64,000 nucleotides of DNA from a virus (lineage: Duplodnaviria; Caudoviricetes), in the IMG/VR virus record IMGVR_UViG_3300005076_000002, positions 32,001 to 96,000 of that record; one strand, 5' to 3'. Positions within the stretch are counted from its first letter, which is position 1; every line of letters starts with the position of its first letter. The position numbers and the translations under genes were made by a program. This document shows, one piece after another, positions 1-10,265 of the stretch. Under the pieces are notes generated by a model. The model was not told the origin of the DNA. It ran no database searches and saw only the letters and a list, made by a program, of their open reading frames with translations.

Positions 1-1853
1 TTCACGTTGAAGGTTACATCGATCGCCATTGGCTTACCATCGGCACGCCAACCGTAGTTACCTACACCACGAGTAATCGTCATGGAGTCGATAATGCCCA
101 GTCGAGTAGTTTGCTTACCGCGACTGAAGATCTCACAGAGGAACGGAGATACGAACGATTGCTTACCTGTGGACAGGGGCAGTGCGCCAGCCAGCAGGAA
201 ACACAACGGTACGATCAGGTTCTGGAACAGTGAGAAGTCATTACCATACGGCGAGCGGAGCTGGATGGTGTAGGACTGAGACCCTACGTTGGCCTGACTG
301 TCGTCCCACACTTCAGGGAAGTCGACAATGGAACCACCCGCCACAGCGAGTAGGCCGGACAGCTGTAAGCTATCCAGTGCACCAGCCATGAAGTCCCTAA
401 CGCCCGTAGTTACCGTGTCCACTGTATCAAAGCCAGTATTACCACCAGACATGGAGAAGTCAATCGTCCTAGCTTTTGCTGAGATCGAGTTAACTGTAGA
501 GGCAATCTCAGGCGTTTTCGTACTGTTGGTAATTGAGTCAGTGACGGTCTCTTTGGGATCCACACGGAATGAAACCCACTGAGCGCCATCCTTTACTTCA
601 GATGAAAGACCTTCAGTTACGTTACCGAAGAAATCGGCCAGACCTGCCCAGAACGAGTTACCGTCTTGGTTAGGGTCAACCGTTTGACCTTCGCTATCCC
701 CACCTACTGCCTCACCGGTAGTCGGGTCAGTGGGAGGTGGCTTACTACCCTCTTCTTGCTCCGACAGTACACCTTCGGCACTTACCCCATCGACACTACC
801 GAGTTTAGTTTGAGCTTTGTTCCAATACGCCGCTTCCGCTTCATCGGTTGCTTCATCTTGCTGATAAAGCTGGTTGTTCGAATAAGCAAACGCAAGCGTC
901 TCTAACGAACTGTCACCTGCTTGGTCGGCATACCCCTGCTGGTCACGGCCGGAAGCCTTACTGCGCGCTATATACTCTTTTAGGGCCTGGTTAACCGAAA
1001 CGCCAGTCTTCGTCGCGTTGTCGTAAATCTCCTCCATCTTGGCGGATTGGTAGTTAGCCAAAACCTGATAGCGGTTCATCATCTTGAACACGTCGAACTT
1101 ACCGTTGGATTTCCAGATATCCGGCAGGGCTTTGTATATCTCATCCATCGATGGTTTGAGTTTGTTATCTTCACGTGTTGCGTCAAGATAGGCATTCGAA
1201 CCAAAGATGTCCCAAAGAGGAACCATCTTCCAATGGACGAGCTGAGTATCTACCATTGCCTGCACCGCTTGCAGATAGAGGTGCATTGTTGGCTTAAGAT
1301 AGTAATACTTGGAGGGTTTCTTGTTCAGGACGAATTTCAACGTCTGTGACGTGATCATCAGCGGGAACAGTACAGCCCACGGCACGATGTAAAACATCGC
1401 TGCCAAGCCAGCTATCTGACCACCACGGAACATCAGGGTGTACTCACCATGCTTTGCGAGCCGGTAAGCGTTACGGTCAAACATGTTGGCAAAGAACGCA
1501 ATCGCACCGGTATATTTAGCAACACCGAAGCGCATGTGTATTTGCTGGTTGTTCTCTTCAAACAGTTCGTTATAAACACGACCAAGTTGGTAGCTACCAC
1601 GGTTCCCCTCATTCTGTAACCAACGGTTGCCATCTTCATGGTTGTTCGTGGCAAACAAACCAGTTGAACGGATGTCGGCAAAACGAGTAAACTGTGGTGG
1701 TGGGTTGATTACGGCGTTACCGCCGAGTGTAGTATCTGCAAACTTGAAATCGCCCGACGTAGGCTGTCGGGTCGACAGGTTGCGACTATCGTGCGATGAC
1801 GGACTAAGACCGAACATACCACGCACCCAGCGTCTGTTCTCTCTTCCGATCAT
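1..1853 (-). CDS. Tail tip/baseplate-hub protein, phiKZ gp182-like (3' end runs off the window)
   Basis: Not in the ORF track because it has no stop in the window. ATG at 1853 follows a GGAG SD; reads MIGRENRRWVRGMF...FKFADTTLGGNAVINPPPQFTRFADIR, a motif I recognise from the gp182 family; lies directly downstream of the gp181-like gene. Confidence 0.75.
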   Translation of the reverse strand, partial: MIGRENRRWVRGMFGLSPSSHDSRNLSTRQPTSGDFKFADTTLGGNAVINPPPQFTRFADIRSTGLFATNNHEDGNRWLQNEGNRGSYQLGRVYNELFEENNQQIHMRFGVAKYTGAIAFFANMFDRNAYRLAKHGEYTLMFRGGQIAGLAAMFYIVPWAVLFPLMITSQTLKFVLNKKPSKYYYLKPTMHLYLQAVQAMVDTQLVHWKMVPLWDIFGSNAYLDATREDNKLKPSMDEIYKALPDIWKSNGKFDVFKMMNRYQVLANYQSAKMEEIYDNATKTGVSVNQALKEYIARSKASGRDQQGYADQAGDSSLETLAFAYSNNQLYQQDEATDEAEAAYWNKAQTKLGSVDGVSAEGVLSEQEEGSKPPPTDPTTGEAVGGDSEGQTVDPNQDGNSFWAGLADFFGNVTEGLSSEVKDGAQWVSFRVDPKETVTDSITNSTKTPEIASTVNSISAKARTIDFSMSGGNTGFDTVDTVTTGVRDFMAGALDSLQLSGLLAVAGGSIVDFPEVWDDSQANVGSQSYTIQLRSPYGNDFSLFQNLIVPLCFLLAGALPLSTGKQSFVSPFLCEIFSRGKQTTRLGIIDSMTITRGVGNYGWRADGKPMAIDVTFNV

Positions 1854-1863
1854 AGACAACTCC

Positions 1864-1889
1864 AAAAATAAGGGGCCGGAGCCCCTTTA
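1864..1889 (-). terminator. Intrinsic terminator after the gp181-like gene
   Basis: Minus strand reads AAGGGGC-TCCG-GCCCCTT-ATTTTT. Confidence 0.6.
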
Positions 1890-4800
1890 ACCTCTACCCA
1901 TGCTGATAGGTGCATCAGCGTGTACGATTGATGGCGCAGCCTGCTGCCTTGATGTAGTCTGCTGTACCGGCTTCAAAGGCGTGGCTTGTTGGCCACTAAA
2001 GCCACCGCCGCCCCCCACCTTTTTCTCGATGTTAAGCAACGTCCCAGAGATCTTCCGCAGTTCTTTGAGCTGCTCTCTCATGAGTACGGCCATATTCTCG
2101 CCGCGTTCTGCATTATTCTCAGATACGGCACTCGCTGCATTATTAGAACGTACGGTCTGGCGATGTTTCTCCAGATCGATGTCCGCAATGATGCGAGCAC
2201 CGCTATCTTTGATGTCTGCAACTTCGGCACCGGCGTCAGCATTCTTTTTTGCCATCGCTTTAGCTGCGTCGCTTACTTCCTTCTCAGAAACGGGCTTATC
2301 AGCCCCACCGATTGGGAGCGGAACGTCAGCATTAGCGAAGCGGACAGACTTGGCTGCATCAGCACCAGCCTTGGCCACGGAGGCCGTCTTAGCGGCTTCA
2401 GGAGAGGCCACTTCTGGCCCACCCTTGTCTCCAGCTTGGGCAGCAAGAGCTGGCGGTACTGATACCTTGGTATCCGATCCAGGCAGATCTACTTTAGCAT
2501 CGGGAACCTTTTCAGCGATCCCGAGATAACGCTTCACATGCATCTGGTTGGTTCTGGCGCGATCAATGAACGACTGGTAGACCTGCGCGAATGTGCGGTA
2601 TCTACCTTGGCCGTCTTTGAACACACCTGGGTTTGCGGAGGCTGCTGATTGCAGTACCTTAGCCGCGATAGCATTAGGATTCTTTGTGAGATTGGACAGG
2701 AACTTCGGTCCATCCCCAGAACCCATCATGTGCATCACGTACATATCAGCAGGGTTGGCTTTACGTCCCAGCGCACGAGCGGCTTGTTTGGCACCCTCTT
2801 TGAGGAACTCACCACCAAGCAGCGCGTTAGCCGCAGGGTCAAATGCGGAAGCCTGTGAAGGAATACCGTACTTGTTACCCCACTTACGTTTAACCTCTCC
2901 CCACGTATCCCACTTCCCACCTACCAAGAACTGGAACAAACCCTTAGCACTGGAAGTTTTCGCACCAGCGCCTGGGTCGAGTGACGATTCCATCATCGCG
3001 ACGGTAAGCATCTCTCCCGGATCCATCCCGGTGAGTCGAGCAGCGTGGGCTACCAACTTAGCCATGGTGGCTCGGTCTTTGCCCTTATACTGTTTCAGGT
3101 CGGCATAACCGCCAGAACCTTCCTCTACACCGTTGTATAGTCCAGTATCGATATCAAAGCCGCTAGTATCGATGTTAGCAGGGACATTACTGCCGCCGCC
3201 TTCCATCATCCCAGAGATATCAGCGTTGGCCATCGCGGCTTCCCGTTGGGAAGCGACAGACGGCTTATTCTTATCCTGGTTAACACGCCAGTCGATAGCG
3301 CGATTACCGCCACGTACTGGAGCTGCTTGAGCTTTGATACCCTTATCCTTGGCCTTGGTTTGCTCACGGAGCAACATTTCCTTACGACGTTCCTCGAGGA
3401 AGCGTAGGTTGTCGTTCACGGCATTACCGATAGCTACCGGATCATAATCGTTCTTGACTCGCCACGGGGACAAGTCGAGTTCCCACACACTGACTTTCTT
3501 ACCGCCAAATTGTACTTTGGCTCCCACCAGCCCTACACCGATATCGTAGAGTTCTGCCGTCTTACTGGTATTGTATAGATCGAACGGATTACCGTTCGGA
3601 ATATACTGCTTAACCAGATTGAAGTATTGCAGGTAAATAGGCAGGAAGCGCAGGGTGAACCATTGCTTGGCTTTCGCCACCGCCGTTTTATCTCGGAAGT
3701 AAACGCCGAGTATCGACACGACCTCTTCAGTTATACCATCCAAGTTACCCTTAAATACCCAACGACCGGACTCTTTGATCATGCCAGGGGTTAGCAAGTC
3801 TTCTATCTTGTACAGCATTGCGATACGAGAGATATCAAACTTATACAGACCATAGGCACGCAGACGGATTGCAGTCAATGCATCGATGTCTTTACTGATG
3901 GGTCGTCCATTGACGATAGTTGATACGCCATAGACTGCGACGTTGCCCTTACGCATGGATTCGTCCATACGACGGTTCTTATCTTCTTCAGCGGCAGTGG
4001 CAGCTACCTTCCAGTCAACTTTCTTCTCTTCACGATTATTGGCATCACCGGAAGTGATGGCCTTACCGGAAAGATCCTTTTGATCTGGAGCACCGTTGAG
4101 TTTCTTACGATCCTCTGGCATGGTAGGTGTGAATTTAACCATAGTGCCGATTTCATCGCGGACATCGTTACCAATTTCCACGACCTCAGCGCCAGTCAAC
4201 ATCGTCGGATCATCGAACGGACCTTGGTCCACTCTGAAGATCGGATGCTTGTCATTCAACACGCAGCTATCAAAGATTTTCTTTTGGAGTATCGGATGGG
4301 TCTTGTTCTTATCACCGATGTCCTTCAGCCCGACGGCTGGGGCATGTTGACGAGCACGTGAAACCCAGATCAGGTAGGCAGGGATGAAACGACCAAACAG
4401 CCAGTTGTTCCAGCGCTTCTGCTGATCTTTATCCTCGGGGTTAATACCAAACCCTTCGGCGATACGATGAGTTACCGCTTCATTCATACCGCGAATGGAT
4501 GCAACGCCCTCCTTGTTAAAGGAAGTGTAGCGAAGGAATGAGTCTTCCAGATAACGCAGCTTAGGAATATCTTCCTTATCCTCTCGCTCGTATTCCTGAA
4601 CCCCGTATTGTGCAAAGCGATACATGTCCAGCGGAGCCGCCACTTTACGAGTGGCGAGCTTGTAGGCCACATACCCGACAGTTGCGGCTATTGCCAGGGG
4701 AGAGGAGATAGCGCCTATGGCTAGCGTACCAGCCCAACGCAACCCGCCCATGATAGTTGCACGACCCAACCACTTCAGAACACCACCGGTCGCACGAAGA

Positions 4801-7800
4801 ACACTACCACCTTTTGTAGCGGCAGCACCTGCTGCGGTAGCGATCTTGGTCTTAGCACCACCAAGTACAGCGCCGACTTTAGACAGAATCCCAGAAGTGG
4901 CAATCTTTGCAGCTACCGCTTCCCAGGCGCCTAGGAACAGGCTCTTGATCCCACCGCCCAACGTAGCTAGAGCGGCTTTACCAAATACTTTCCCCATGCT
5001 GAGGAAAGAACCTATCCCACCGAACACCTTGCCTAGCCAGCTATCGCCATCTTTCTTGCCACCTGAGGCAGCGGCATTCTTTTCCTTATCGGCCTTGCGC
5101 TTCTCAGCGGCTTCCTCACGACGTTTCTTCCAAGCAGCCTTTATGGCCTGCCAGGAGTTATCACGAATACCATCACCGTCGGTGTCTGTGATATTGGCGA
5201 CTTCTGGTTTTGGAGTAGGTGGTTTGTTACCATCACCCTTCTTACCAGTTCCACCCGGCATACGTTCATCAAGCAATTGGTAGATTCGCTCCAAGATGTC
5301 TTGTGACTCCTTAGAGTTAATACCGCCAAACATGGGGAACTTACCTTTCAGCCAATCTTTACCAACGCCCAAGACATCGCCAATGAAGTCGATACCACGT
5401 TTACCCCACTCGAATGGCTTCTTAGCCATCTTCCAGGCAAATGCTCCGGCCGCAGTGAGTTTATCGCCGGCTTTCTGCCACTTACCTTTGAGCTCATTAC
5501 CTTCACGGTCGATCAGCTTAAAGTTGGGGTCAGCCAACTCACTGCTACTAATGATAACCTGATTGTGCTTGGTTATCACTTCGCCGGTGATATCATCAAT
5601 ACCGCGAATAGGCTTGCCGGTAGACGCATCAACATAGAACCCCTTAACCATTAGGTGATGGCGCAGACGCGGCTCACGTGGCTCTGGGTCGGTAGATGCG
5701 TAGATGTCTACAGAGGTGGTGGCTTCGCGCCAGATGTTCTTGATGCCGCCAAAGACATTGTTACGCACCCACTTGTGGGCGGAATGCGCGGCAGTTGCAG
5801 CAGAACGAATTTTCCCACCCAGCCAACCGGGCAAATCAACAGACAGTTTCTTCCAGCCCGACTCGCTCAAGTAACGCAGCTGACCAATACGCTTGGTCAT
5901 CTCCTCTTCAGAGATGATTACGTTTTGGTTCTCATCGTAAATACCGCCAACGATATCTTTGATGGATTTAATCTGCTTACCGTCTTTGGTGTAATACTTG
6001 CCAAGACGGATACCTGCTGCGCTAAGGACTACATTACCCTCCTCATCAACGATATCTCGTCTACCGAGGATTCCATCCTTGAACGCGCCAATGGCGGTCG
6101 TGGTTGCATTGAATGCATCCTTCACCCGTTTGATCGGGCTAAGGGCATCCAACTTACGTTTGCCCCAACGCCAAAGAACCTTAGCACGACGCCTATGGTT
6201 CTTAGAACGCTCCATAATGTTGTTCTTGAGCTTGCTGAGCATTCCCTTAGCGCTACGCGCGGAACGCGTTATAACGCCCTCGGGTGCGTCCTGATGGATG
6301 TTGATGTTAATGGCGTCAATGGCTTCAAGAATCTCATCGATTCGAGGCGCCACATTACTCTCTATGAGCGTTTCGTGAATGGCCTTGATCAGCGGCATAA
6401 GGTCTTCACGCTTTTCGTTCTCGGGACGATTACTTGTAGTGATCGACCTTACGATAGACTCGAGCGTTTCGTTATCCTTAAAGCCAAGACCAGTCCTGAT
6501 CCCCTGGGCAAAGATATCCGGGTTCAGACTTCCGAAGTTCTGTCCACGCTGAGAGCGAGGAGGTGCGGCACGGGCACCAAAGGCGGATATCCCTGACTCA
6601 ATCCCTGCGAGGCGACTTTTTGGCACATCATCGCCAAAAGCATAATCAGAGTCATCAAAATCACTAAAAGTTTCAAAGAGTTTTTCATTAGCCACCAACC
6701 TTCCATTAATATCTTTAAAGATACCAGCACGGTGAAGTGCTGCCCCACCATAGCGTTGTTCCAACGCGCTAACCTTCGCCTGCGTTTCGCCAAAGGCACC
6801 ACGCATACGCTTAAGCTTGTCAGACACTTGCAGGTTCAATGTTTCGGCTTTAGATTTCTCATCGGCCAACTCAGAGAACAAATCCTGGAGGTCATAGATA
6901 TCGGAGCTAGACTCCGAACCGTAGGCATCCATGGAATTAGCCAAGTCGAAGATGTCGAACTTGGTTGCATTACGTGCCTTGTCATCAATGACGCGTCTGA
7001 GAATCTCACGATCCTTTTCAGCGATTTCTTTATTGCCAAACAGATCTTTGATGATTTCATTGGAGTAACGTTCGACCGTCTCTTTGGTATACTGGTCGTC
7101 CATGGCACTGCGAACTATACGAGCGACATCACGCGTATTCACAAACTTACGTGTGGAAAAGTCGTACTGTTCTAATGCGGCGTTATCGCTATAGATGCCA
7201 CGGATGGACTGGTCGATTTTGGCCAGCTGGGCCGGGATGAGTTCTTCGATGGTCAGTACAAAGCGATTGGTGATCTTACCGCCTTGCCCCAACATCTCGA
7301 TCGAACGCTCATCGATACGTGCAGTCTCACCATTGAATTGTGGGCCATGCTCACCGAGGAAACGGAAAAGGCTGCCAAGGATTCCTTTCTCACGGCCTTC
7401 GTAGAAAGAGTTCTGGCCGTAAGTGTTGGCAATCTCGCCCAGGTTGCCGAGATAGTAGGCCGCGTTCTTACCGAAGCTGGACACCCCCTCATGGTTCTCG
7501 CCCCACTCGCGTGCTCTGGCTTGTAGCTTCCTCACTTGTGGGGTGATGAAACGATCAGCAAACATCGCGCCCGCACGGCTAGCGCCGGACTTCATGGTGT
7601 TATAGCGAGCGGCGGCAGGATCCCCCTCTTGTCCGTCATCCTCCTGCATGCTGTTCATCATGCCAGCCATACCACCTACTTCCGAGACGACGTCATTGAC
7701 ACCGCCTAAGAATTCGGAAATACGTGACTTAACAGAAGCGCCCAGCAATCGAGTATAGTTACGACTGAACTGGTTGGCGGACATCCCATCGATAATCTTA

Positions 7801-8618
7801 CGTTTAATCAGAGCAGCGGTAATTTCCCCGAACTCTTCTTTGGCGTAATCCGGCAATGCGGTGTTCTTAACGATGGCTTCCAATGCCGGGATAATTTTTT
7901 CGCTGGATTCAGTGGACAGCTTGAGCTGATCTTGCAATGCAAAGAGCTGGCGGAAGTTGAGCTCCAGCATTTTGCGCTTATATTCAGTGCCCGGACCGTT
8001 TTGATAAGAAACGATATTGCGAACGTCTACGCCGGTCTCTTTGAGAATACCGAGCATTGACTCTGTACGAATATCGCGAGCAGCTTCTTTTACTTCATTC
8101 TCAGCGCGGTCAGTGATCGAGTCTTCGGCTGACTGACGATCGTTGGCATTGGCTGATTTGAAGATAGAGTTCATTGCAGAGTCGATTTGCGACTGCTGCT
8201 GATCGAACTCATTACTGTAGCTTGGTTCTGCGGCGGTTGCCTTTTTCAGGCGTTCGTGCAGGGATTTCGGCATAAAGGGCTTAAGAAGCGGGAGTGCTTC
8301 TCGAGTAGCACGCTTTACTTCCTGTTTGGTTTTACGGAGACCCTCTTTGGCCTCGTAGTAAACGTCCCGCCCTTCGGAATAAAGACTATCATATGACTCG
8401 GCTGCGACCCGGTATTCTTCTGGGAGCGCCCCCAATATCAATTTACGCCGTTGTTCCGAACCCAAAATTTGATTTACCGCACCACCCCCAGCCGACATTG
8501 CAATATCCAGAGGCTGTCTGGATTTGGCCGGAATAGCGGGGGCGGCAGCGGGACCATCAAAGTCTAAATCCAGATCATCGTCCAAGTCGAAATCGTCGAG
8601 ATCTATATCTTTGGCCAT
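1887..8618 (-). CDS. Giant tail-associated lytic transglycosylase / tape-measure-like protein (phiKZ gp181-like)
   Basis: About 2243 aa. C-terminal SLT motifs (AMMESSLDPGA, AKGLFQF, AFDPAANA, MYVMHMMG); hydrophobic Gly/Ala-rich middle segment; ATG 8618 follows a GAGGTGG SD; syntenic with the vRNAP genes. Confidence 0.9.
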   Translation of the reverse strand: MAKDIDLDDFDLDDDLDLDFDGPAAAPAIPAKSRQPLDIAMSAGGGAVNQILGSEQRRKLILGALPEEYRVAAESYDSLYSEGRDVYYEAKEGLRKTKQEVKRATREALPLLKPFMPKSLHERLKKATAAEPSYSNEFDQQQSQIDSAMNSIFKSANANDRQSAEDSITDRAENEVKEAARDIRTESMLGILKETGVDVRNIVSYQNGPGTEYKRKMLELNFRQLFALQDQLKLSTESSEKIIPALEAIVKNTALPDYAKEEFGEITAALIKRKIIDGMSANQFSRNYTRLLGASVKSRISEFLGGVNDVVSEVGGMAGMMNSMQEDDGQEGDPAAARYNTMKSGASRAGAMFADRFITPQVRKLQARAREWGENHEGVSSFGKNAAYYLGNLGEIANTYGQNSFYEGREKGILGSLFRFLGEHGPQFNGETARIDERSIEMLGQGGKITNRFVLTIEELIPAQLAKIDQSIRGIYSDNAALEQYDFSTRKFVNTRDVARIVRSAMDDQYTKETVERYSNEIIKDLFGNKEIAEKDREILRRVIDDKARNATKFDIFDLANSMDAYGSESSSDIYDLQDLFSELADEKSKAETLNLQVSDKLKRMRGAFGETQAKVSALEQRYGGAALHRAGIFKDINGRLVANEKLFETFSDFDDSDYAFGDDVPKSRLAGIESGISAFGARAAPPRSQRGQNFGSLNPDIFAQGIRTGLGFKDNETLESIVRSITTSNRPENEKREDLMPLIKAIHETLIESNVAPRIDEILEAIDAININIHQDAPEGVITRSARSAKGMLSKLKNNIMERSKNHRRRAKVLWRWGKRKLDALSPIKRVKDAFNATTTAIGAFKDGILGRRDIVDEEGNVVLSAAGIRLGKYYTKDGKQIKSIKDIVGGIYDENQNVIISEEEMTKRIGQLRYLSESGWKKLSVDLPGWLGGKIRSAATAAHSAHKWVRNNVFGGIKNIWREATTSVDIYASTDPEPREPRLRHHLMVKGFYVDASTGKPIRGIDDITGEVITKHNQVIISSSELADPNFKLIDREGNELKGKWQKAGDKLTAAGAFAWKMAKKPFEWGKRGIDFIGDVLGVGKDWLKGKFPMFGGINSKESQDILERIYQLLDERMPGGTGKKGDGNKPPTPKPEVANITDTDGDGIRDNSWQAIKAAWKKRREEAAEKRKADKEKNAAASGGKKDGDSWLGKVFGGIGSFLSMGKVFGKAALATLGGGIKSLFLGAWEAVAAKIATSGILSKVGAVLGGAKTKIATAAGAAATKGGSVLRATGGVLKWLGRATIMGGLRWAGTLAIGAISSPLAIAATVGYVAYKLATRKVAAPLDMYRFAQYGVQEYEREDKEDIPKLRYLEDSFLRYTSFNKEGVASIRGMNEAVTHRIAEGFGINPEDKDQQKRWNNWLFGRFIPAYLIWVSRARQHAPAVGLKDIGDKNKTHPILQKKIFDSCVLNDKHPIFRVDQGPFDDPTMLTGAEVVEIGNDVRDEIGTMVKFTPTMPEDRKKLNGAPDQKDLSGKAITSGDANNREEKKVDWKVAATAAEEDKNRRMDESMRKGNVAVYGVSTIVNGRPISKDIDALTAIRLRAYGLYKFDISRIAMLYKIEDLLTPGMIKESGRWVFKGNLDGITEEVVSILGVYFRDKTAVAKAKQWFTLRFLPIYLQYFNLVKQYIPNGNPFDLYNTSKTAELYDIGVGLVGAKVQFGGKKVSVWELDLSPWRVKNDYDPVAIGNAVNDNLRFLEERRKEMLLREQTKAKDKGIKAQAAPVRGGNRAIDWRVNQDKNKPSVASQREAAMANADISGMMEGGGSNVPANIDTSGFDIDTGLYNGVEEGSGGYADLKQYKGKDRATMAKLVAHAARLTGMDPGEMLTVAMMESSLDPGAGAKTSSAKGLFQFLVGGKWDTWGEVKRKWGNKYGIPSQASAFDPAANALLGGEFLKEGAKQAARALGRKANPADMYVMHMMGSGDGPKFLSNLTKNPNAIAAKVLQSAASANPGVFKDGQGRYRTFAQVYQSFIDRARTNQMHVKRYLGIAEKVPDAKVDLPGSDTKVSVPPALAAQAGDKGGPEVASPEAAKTASVAKAGADAAKSVRFANADVPLPIGGADKPVSEKEVSDAAKAMAKKNADAGAEVADIKDSGARIIADIDLEKHRQTVRSNNAASAVSENNAERGENMAVLMREQLKELRKISGTLLNIEKKVGGGGGFSGQQATPLKPVQQTTSRQQAAPSIVHADAPISMGRG

Positions 8619-8636
8619 AACCACCTCGGAAGCATT

Positions 8637-10253
8637 ATGAGCTATCTATCGTTTTATCTGCTAAACGTGGACAAGCGTGCGGTGTCGACACTCCGACCTA
8701 CCACCGCCTTGGATACGTACCAAGGCGCTACCAAAGATTTCCATGAAGACGGACTCTATTCCGTACTTACATTTGGCCCCATTGGTAGTGAACGCCGTGA
8801 CTTAACTTTCTCCTACATTGATGTAGGTATCGAAATCATTTCGCCTGCAATTGCGTTGACGTTGTTTGAGCTCAAGCACCTTTATAAGGATATCTTGGCC
8901 GGTAAACGTTATGCAATTTGGGATGAGAAAGAAAAAGATTTCTTCCCCGCCTCGCCAACCGATAGTGGTGCTTCGACGGGTTACTCTTTCTTTATTTCCA
9001 AATACAAGGATTTGAAACCGAAAGAAAACAAGTCTCTTATCCGTCAGCAGAATATCGATCTCTTTAACAAGTTCCGCGACATCGCAATGAGTCGTTATGT
9101 CCTTGTCCAACCTGCCGGTCTTCGTGACATGGAGGTGACTCCAGACGGACAGACAGAACGCGAGATGGATATCAACAAGTATTATCGGAAACTGCTCTCG
9201 ACCGCAAGTATCGTACCGACGTTGGGCAATACCAATACATCGGCGCTCGATACCACCCGTTGGTCTCTTCAAAACACCTTCAATGAAATCTACAAATACT
9301 TCTTCGACTTCGCTGACGGGAAGAAAGGTTTCATTCGCGGGAAGTGGGCTGCTCGCCGTTTGACTAACGGTACTCGAAACGTATTGTCCAGTATGGATAC
9401 TTCATCAGTGGTCATTGACCGTCCCGATGAGATGCGTCCTACCGATACGCTCGTGGGTCTGTTCCAGGGTTTGAAGAGTTTGGCGCCGGTGGCCATTCAT
9501 GCCATCCGTACCAAATACCTTCCTGACACATTCGGCCCCGACGGGACGATGTACCTGGTTAACAAGAAAACCCTCAAACGTGAAGTGGTGTTTGTGACCA
9601 CGGAAGACTACGATAAGTTCTCAACCGATGAAGGGATTGAGAAACTCATCAACCAGTTCCGTGACAACACCATTCGCCACAAAGAGATCATGGTTCAAGG
9701 CCACTACCTTGCCCTCATCTATAATGACGGCAAGGAGTTTAAGGTCTTCTACGACATCGGAGATTTGCCCGAAGGTCGTGATAAGAAGTTTGTCAAAGGC
9801 ATTACCTATGCGGAACTTCTCTATCTCAGTGGCCATGAGATCTGGAATGACTACTTCACAATCGTCACTCGCTACCCAGTAGCGGGTCAAGGCAGTACCT
9901 ATTCAAGCACTATAAGATTGACGACGACGACTTCTGTCTCAATGGTGTGGGAATTGAACGGGGACTGGGTTGGAAGACGAGAGAAGCCGGCAATTGATTT
10001 TCCTAACCGTGCTATTTCCGAATTCGTTTCTTCGATGGCGCCGCACAGTAGCCGACTGGCTGGACTCGTGGCTGACTTCGATGGCGATACCGGCAGTGGC
10101 GATTCTGTCTACACGGATGAAGCGTTAGAAGAAAACCGCAATATGATGAAGAAAGCAACCTATTGGGTTGAGGGCGGTCGTCTAACGATCGACATCTCAG
10201 GCTCAGGGCTGGTAGACCGAGTCATGCATAATCTTCTCGCAGATCCTCTCTAA
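8637..10253 (+). CDS. Virion RNA polymerase beta' N-terminal subunit (phiKZ gp180 / SPN3US gp240-like)
   Basis: FHEDGLYS..TFG, GKKGFIRG, TRYPV and catalytic ADFDGD motifs. Confidence 0.92.
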   Translation: MSYLSFYLLNVDKRAVSTLRPTTALDTYQGATKDFHEDGLYSVLTFGPIGSERRDLTFSYIDVGIEIISPAIALTLFELKHLYKDILAGKRYAIWDEKEKDFFPASPTDSGASTGYSFFISKYKDLKPKENKSLIRQQNIDLFNKFRDIAMSRYVLVQPAGLRDMEVTPDGQTEREMDINKYYRKLLSTASIVPTLGNTNTSALDTTRWSLQNTFNEIYKYFFDFADGKKGFIRGKWAARRLTNGTRNVLSSMDTSSVVIDRPDEMRPTDTLVGLFQGLKSLAPVAIHAIRTKYLPDTFGPDGTMYLVNKKTLKREVVFVTTEDYDKFSTDEGIEKLINQFRDNTIRHKEIMVQGHYLALIYNDGKEFKVFYDIGDLPEGRDKKFVKGITYAELLYLSGHEIWNDYFTIVTRYPVAGQGSTYSSTIRLTTTTSVSMVWELNGDWVGRREKPAIDFPNRAISEFVSSMAPHSSRLAGLVADFDGDTGSGDSVYTDEALEENRNMMKKATYWVEGGRLTIDISGSGLVDRVMHNLLADPL

Positions 10254-10265
10254 TACGGTGTAATA

